The notes below the pieces were generated by a model. The model worked only from the letters and a program-made list of their open reading frames with translations, did no database searches and was not told the origin of the DNA. From contig JAYWIR010000051.1 of the NCBI GenBank assembly GCA_036172245.1, positions 62,001 through 126,000 on the forward strand: a stretch of 64,000 nt of DNA, given 5' to 3'. The first letter of the stretch is position 1. Every line of letters starts with the position of its first letter. Below, one piece after another: positions 61,140-64,000 of the stretch. Made by a program: the position numbers and the translations under genes. Origin of the DNA: Raillietiella orientalis. Lineage: Eukaryota.

Positions 61140-62654
61140 GTGAGTTCACTCTGGAGGGGGAGTAGAGGAGGGGTGCACAGGGAGAGGGGTCGAGGGGAAA
61201 GCAGCCCCTGGTACTCTGGGTGACCGTCGAGGAAGAGAATCGTCCATCCGCTGCTTACTCCCTTTTTCCTTTCCCGCCTGTTTCTAGGGTGACGGACGGC
61301 TGATGCTCCTCTCCGCGCGCTGAGCTGCAACGCAAGGTCGTCCTTCCCGTCCCCTCCCACCATCCAAGTCTTCCCTGTTGGGGAGCCTCCCTATCGGTTG
61401 GGGAAGGGAGCCAGCCATCATTGTCTTTCGTTGTCTCCCCTAGAAAGGTCTCGCCTTCCCACGCCCTGGAGATTCTGATCTGCCGGAAGCCCTGAGTACT
61501 CTCAGCTCTCTGCTGAGTGCCGTCTCCTCGGGCTCACTCCTTTCCCCTGGCCTACCCATTTGGCGCCCTGCCCGAGATTGCACCCCCGACTCACATCCGA
61601 CTACCCTCTAGCACGCCGCGCTTCCTCCTCTTCTGTCCCTACACTCAGACCCCTACCTTCGCATGGAGTCCTACTCTCGTTCTCCCCGGCGCCACTGCTT
61701 CCTCCTCGCTCCCAGCGAAGTCAGAGCACCAAAGGGACTCGACCCGGAAGGGGTGAGGGAAGAACACTAGAGTCCGGCTGGTGCTCAGGGAATAGCCTGG
61801 AGGGATCTGGGCCATCCCGGATTTCTCCCTCCCTCGGAGCCGGGAGGGGAGGGAAGCGGCCTCTCCCGTCGCAGTTCAGCCACCATTCCCCCAAAGACGC
61901 GTCTTTCTTCCAAGGCGTTTTCCTCCCCAATTGGAGCGCATTCTGTCCCGATGGGGTGACTCAATCTCCTCACCGGGTCTCCCGCAGGAGGAGAACGCGT
62001 GCCGCCGCTGCTCTACCCTGCCCTTGACGGGTTAGACCATTCCCTCGGAGCGTACCCTCCCGGGCTGATCCTGGGGGTTCTGGCCGCCACGGAGGAGGGA
62101 GGCAAGAGAGGGAGGGGTCAGGAATCGGGCTGCGTCTTGGGGCAGGGGAGGGAGCCGCGAGCATCCACCTTCGGCATGCCCTTTGACCCACAGGACCGCA
62201 AGCTGGAAGGCAAGTGGTCCCCTGGTCAAAACTGGCAGGAACGGGATCACGTGTCCCTCCTCCTCCTCCCCCCTCGTCCCGAGGGTTCCTTGCCGGAGAG
62301 AGTGGCTGCCTGCTGCGGGCCTCAGCTGCACGTCCTCTGGACCCCACTCAGACGCGACCTGGTTCAGTCTGCGGGTCCTCCCCTTTCGCAGGGCTTGTGA
62401 GGGCTTTGGGGCCCTTGAGGTTCGGACTGTAAACACCCGTGGCTGCTGCCCGACCTCCGCCAGCAGGGGTCCATGGGAAGAAGAAAAGTGCATCCCTGAT
62501 CCCTCGTTCAGTGCCTCCCTAGGGAGGAGGTGAAGGCGTGGAACTCTTGCCAACTCGATCGGGATGAGGGGCATGGGCAGAAGAGCGGTTCGGGACGGGG
62601 CACCCTGGAGTCTTGTCGCTTCCGCGAGACGCAACCTCTGCTGCTGCCTTCTAG

Positions 62655-62795
62655 GATCCTGTCCGACGTGGGTGACCTCCGCCTTTTCCCGAACCTCACG
62701 GGGAGCTCATCCTTGGAGATCATTCGGCTGGACCGGAGCAAGTTGAAGTCCGTCCCCAGCAGCCTCTGCGAGATGGCACCGCTTCTGAAGAGCCT
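62655..62795 (+). CDS. rk: LGR exon 10 (LRR11-12, 141 nt); gene continues past the window
   Basis: ILSDVGDLRLFPNLTGSSSLEIIRLDRSKLKSVPSSLCEMAPLLKSL. The FP.L.G...LE and LDR.....VP..LC...P.LKSL signature is typical of rickets/LGR2 and LGR4/5/6. GTAAGT donor. Confidence 0.95.
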
Positions 62796-64000
62796 GTAAG
62801 TGGCGCCGGGGACGCGCGGCCTTCCCGTCGCAGGGAAACGACGTGGAAAAAGAGAGCGTTGCCCGGCTACCGGCAGGATGGTGTGGGCGCGGGGGCGGCC
62901 ATCTGCTTGTGAGGGCTTCGGCAGGGACGTGCGGAGCACGCGGGCAGCTGTCACTTGACAAGCCCCTTCGCAACAGCCGCGGACCCATGACTGCTGATCC
63001 CTGACAGCAGACGCTTGACGACGGAATTTTGGCGGGAGAAGAACCGTGGCAGCGGATCTTTGGCAAAGAAATCCTTGACATCGAATCCCTGAGGGCGGAT
63101 CCCGGATCCAAGGAAATGATCTGCTGTATCAGGAGACGCTTTGGGGGAAGCCATTGTTTGGCGACGGACAGAATTCCTCGGAAGCAGCCGAAAACGCGGG
63201 GGGCGCTTGCGGAGGCTGCGCTGGGTCGACCGCTGCTGCCCTCCATTCCGGAGCTCCAGGAGGCTTGGCAGGATATTCGAGGACCAAGGACCCGCCACGG
63301 CTGCTGCAGGCACCACTGAAACGCGGTGCCTCCTCGTACCGCCCCGAGTGTGGGGAGTTGCGATCACCCCACCTCCCGCCGGCGTGAGCGCGACCCTGCA
63401 GAAATCTCCACCTCACCCCCACACACACACACCCTCTCCCCCAGGTCTCCAGGACTTCGCTGCTAGTTCGCTCCCTTCAGCCCTCAAAGCGGGGGAGCCC
63501 CGACACCGGCTGGCTTCCCCTTTTTCCCCGGAGCGAGCTCTGCTCTCCCTCTGAGGGGCGCAGGATCCATCGATTTCTTTCCAATTGATCTGCATCTTTC
63601 CCGCTTCGTCGCTCCCGGAGCACTCCTCCTGGCTCTTTCGGAGGAGGCGCGACGTCTTCCGAAATGGCAGTGCAACGTGGAGGATTGCCTCAGACCAACC
63701 GCTCCGCCTGCACTCTCGGAGGGGACCTTGGCGGCCGGCCGCGGAAGCTCGGTCAAGGAGAGGGAGACGCGGCTCTCCGCCGCCGCGCTCGTTTTTCCCC
63801 TCTTTCCTTCTTGCAAGGAAGGAAAGAGGCCACCGACGCCTCTCGTTGAAGGGAAAGAAGCGGAAAGCCACGTGGAGGAGTGGACATGGTTCCACGCTCG
63901 CGCACCGTGCTAGGGGCGAGCACGGAGTCTAACGGCTGCTCTCCTCGGTGGTCACGGAAGGACTGCATCCCGAATGCTTCCTGAAAGCTTCCTCCCTGGA

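Overview
Eukaryotic, probably arthropod, genomic DNA with spliceosomal introns, no CpG depletion and alternating AT-rich and GC-rich blocks. It has two main parts. (1) 1-9.76 kb is a nested cluster of one L1/Tx1-like non-LTR retrotransposon family. A decayed + strand host copy (B) is split by two antisense insertions: a full-length 5.57-kb copy (A, 843-6409; zinc-knuckle ORF1 plus APE-RT ORF2 with nonsense mutations) and a 1.27-kb ORF1-only element (C, 7042-8311). The family shows RNA structures with compensatory changes: a GNRA hairpin that contains the ORF1 AUG, and 3' UTR hairpins ending in AATAAA plus a terminal hairpin plus only 3-4 As. The insertions have essentially no target-site duplication. 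A fourth 3' end (D) lies at about 44.64 kb. (2) 21.66 kb to beyond the window end is the 5' part of a type-B LGR (rickets/bursicon-receptor-like, LGR4/5/6-like) GPCR gene. I assembled 10 exons by eye (1052 nt, about 350 aa, all introns phase 2) covering signal peptide, LRRNT and 12 LRRs. A diverged duplicate of exon 9 with an in-frame stop sits in intron 5. The rest is intron or intergenic DNA with dispersed repeats, including a near-identical 700-bp inverted pair at 17.2 and 52.8 kb, a tRNA-derived SINE-like head and decayed TE remnants. Most ORFs in the track are GC-rich noise. All alignments were done by eye and no database searches were run.
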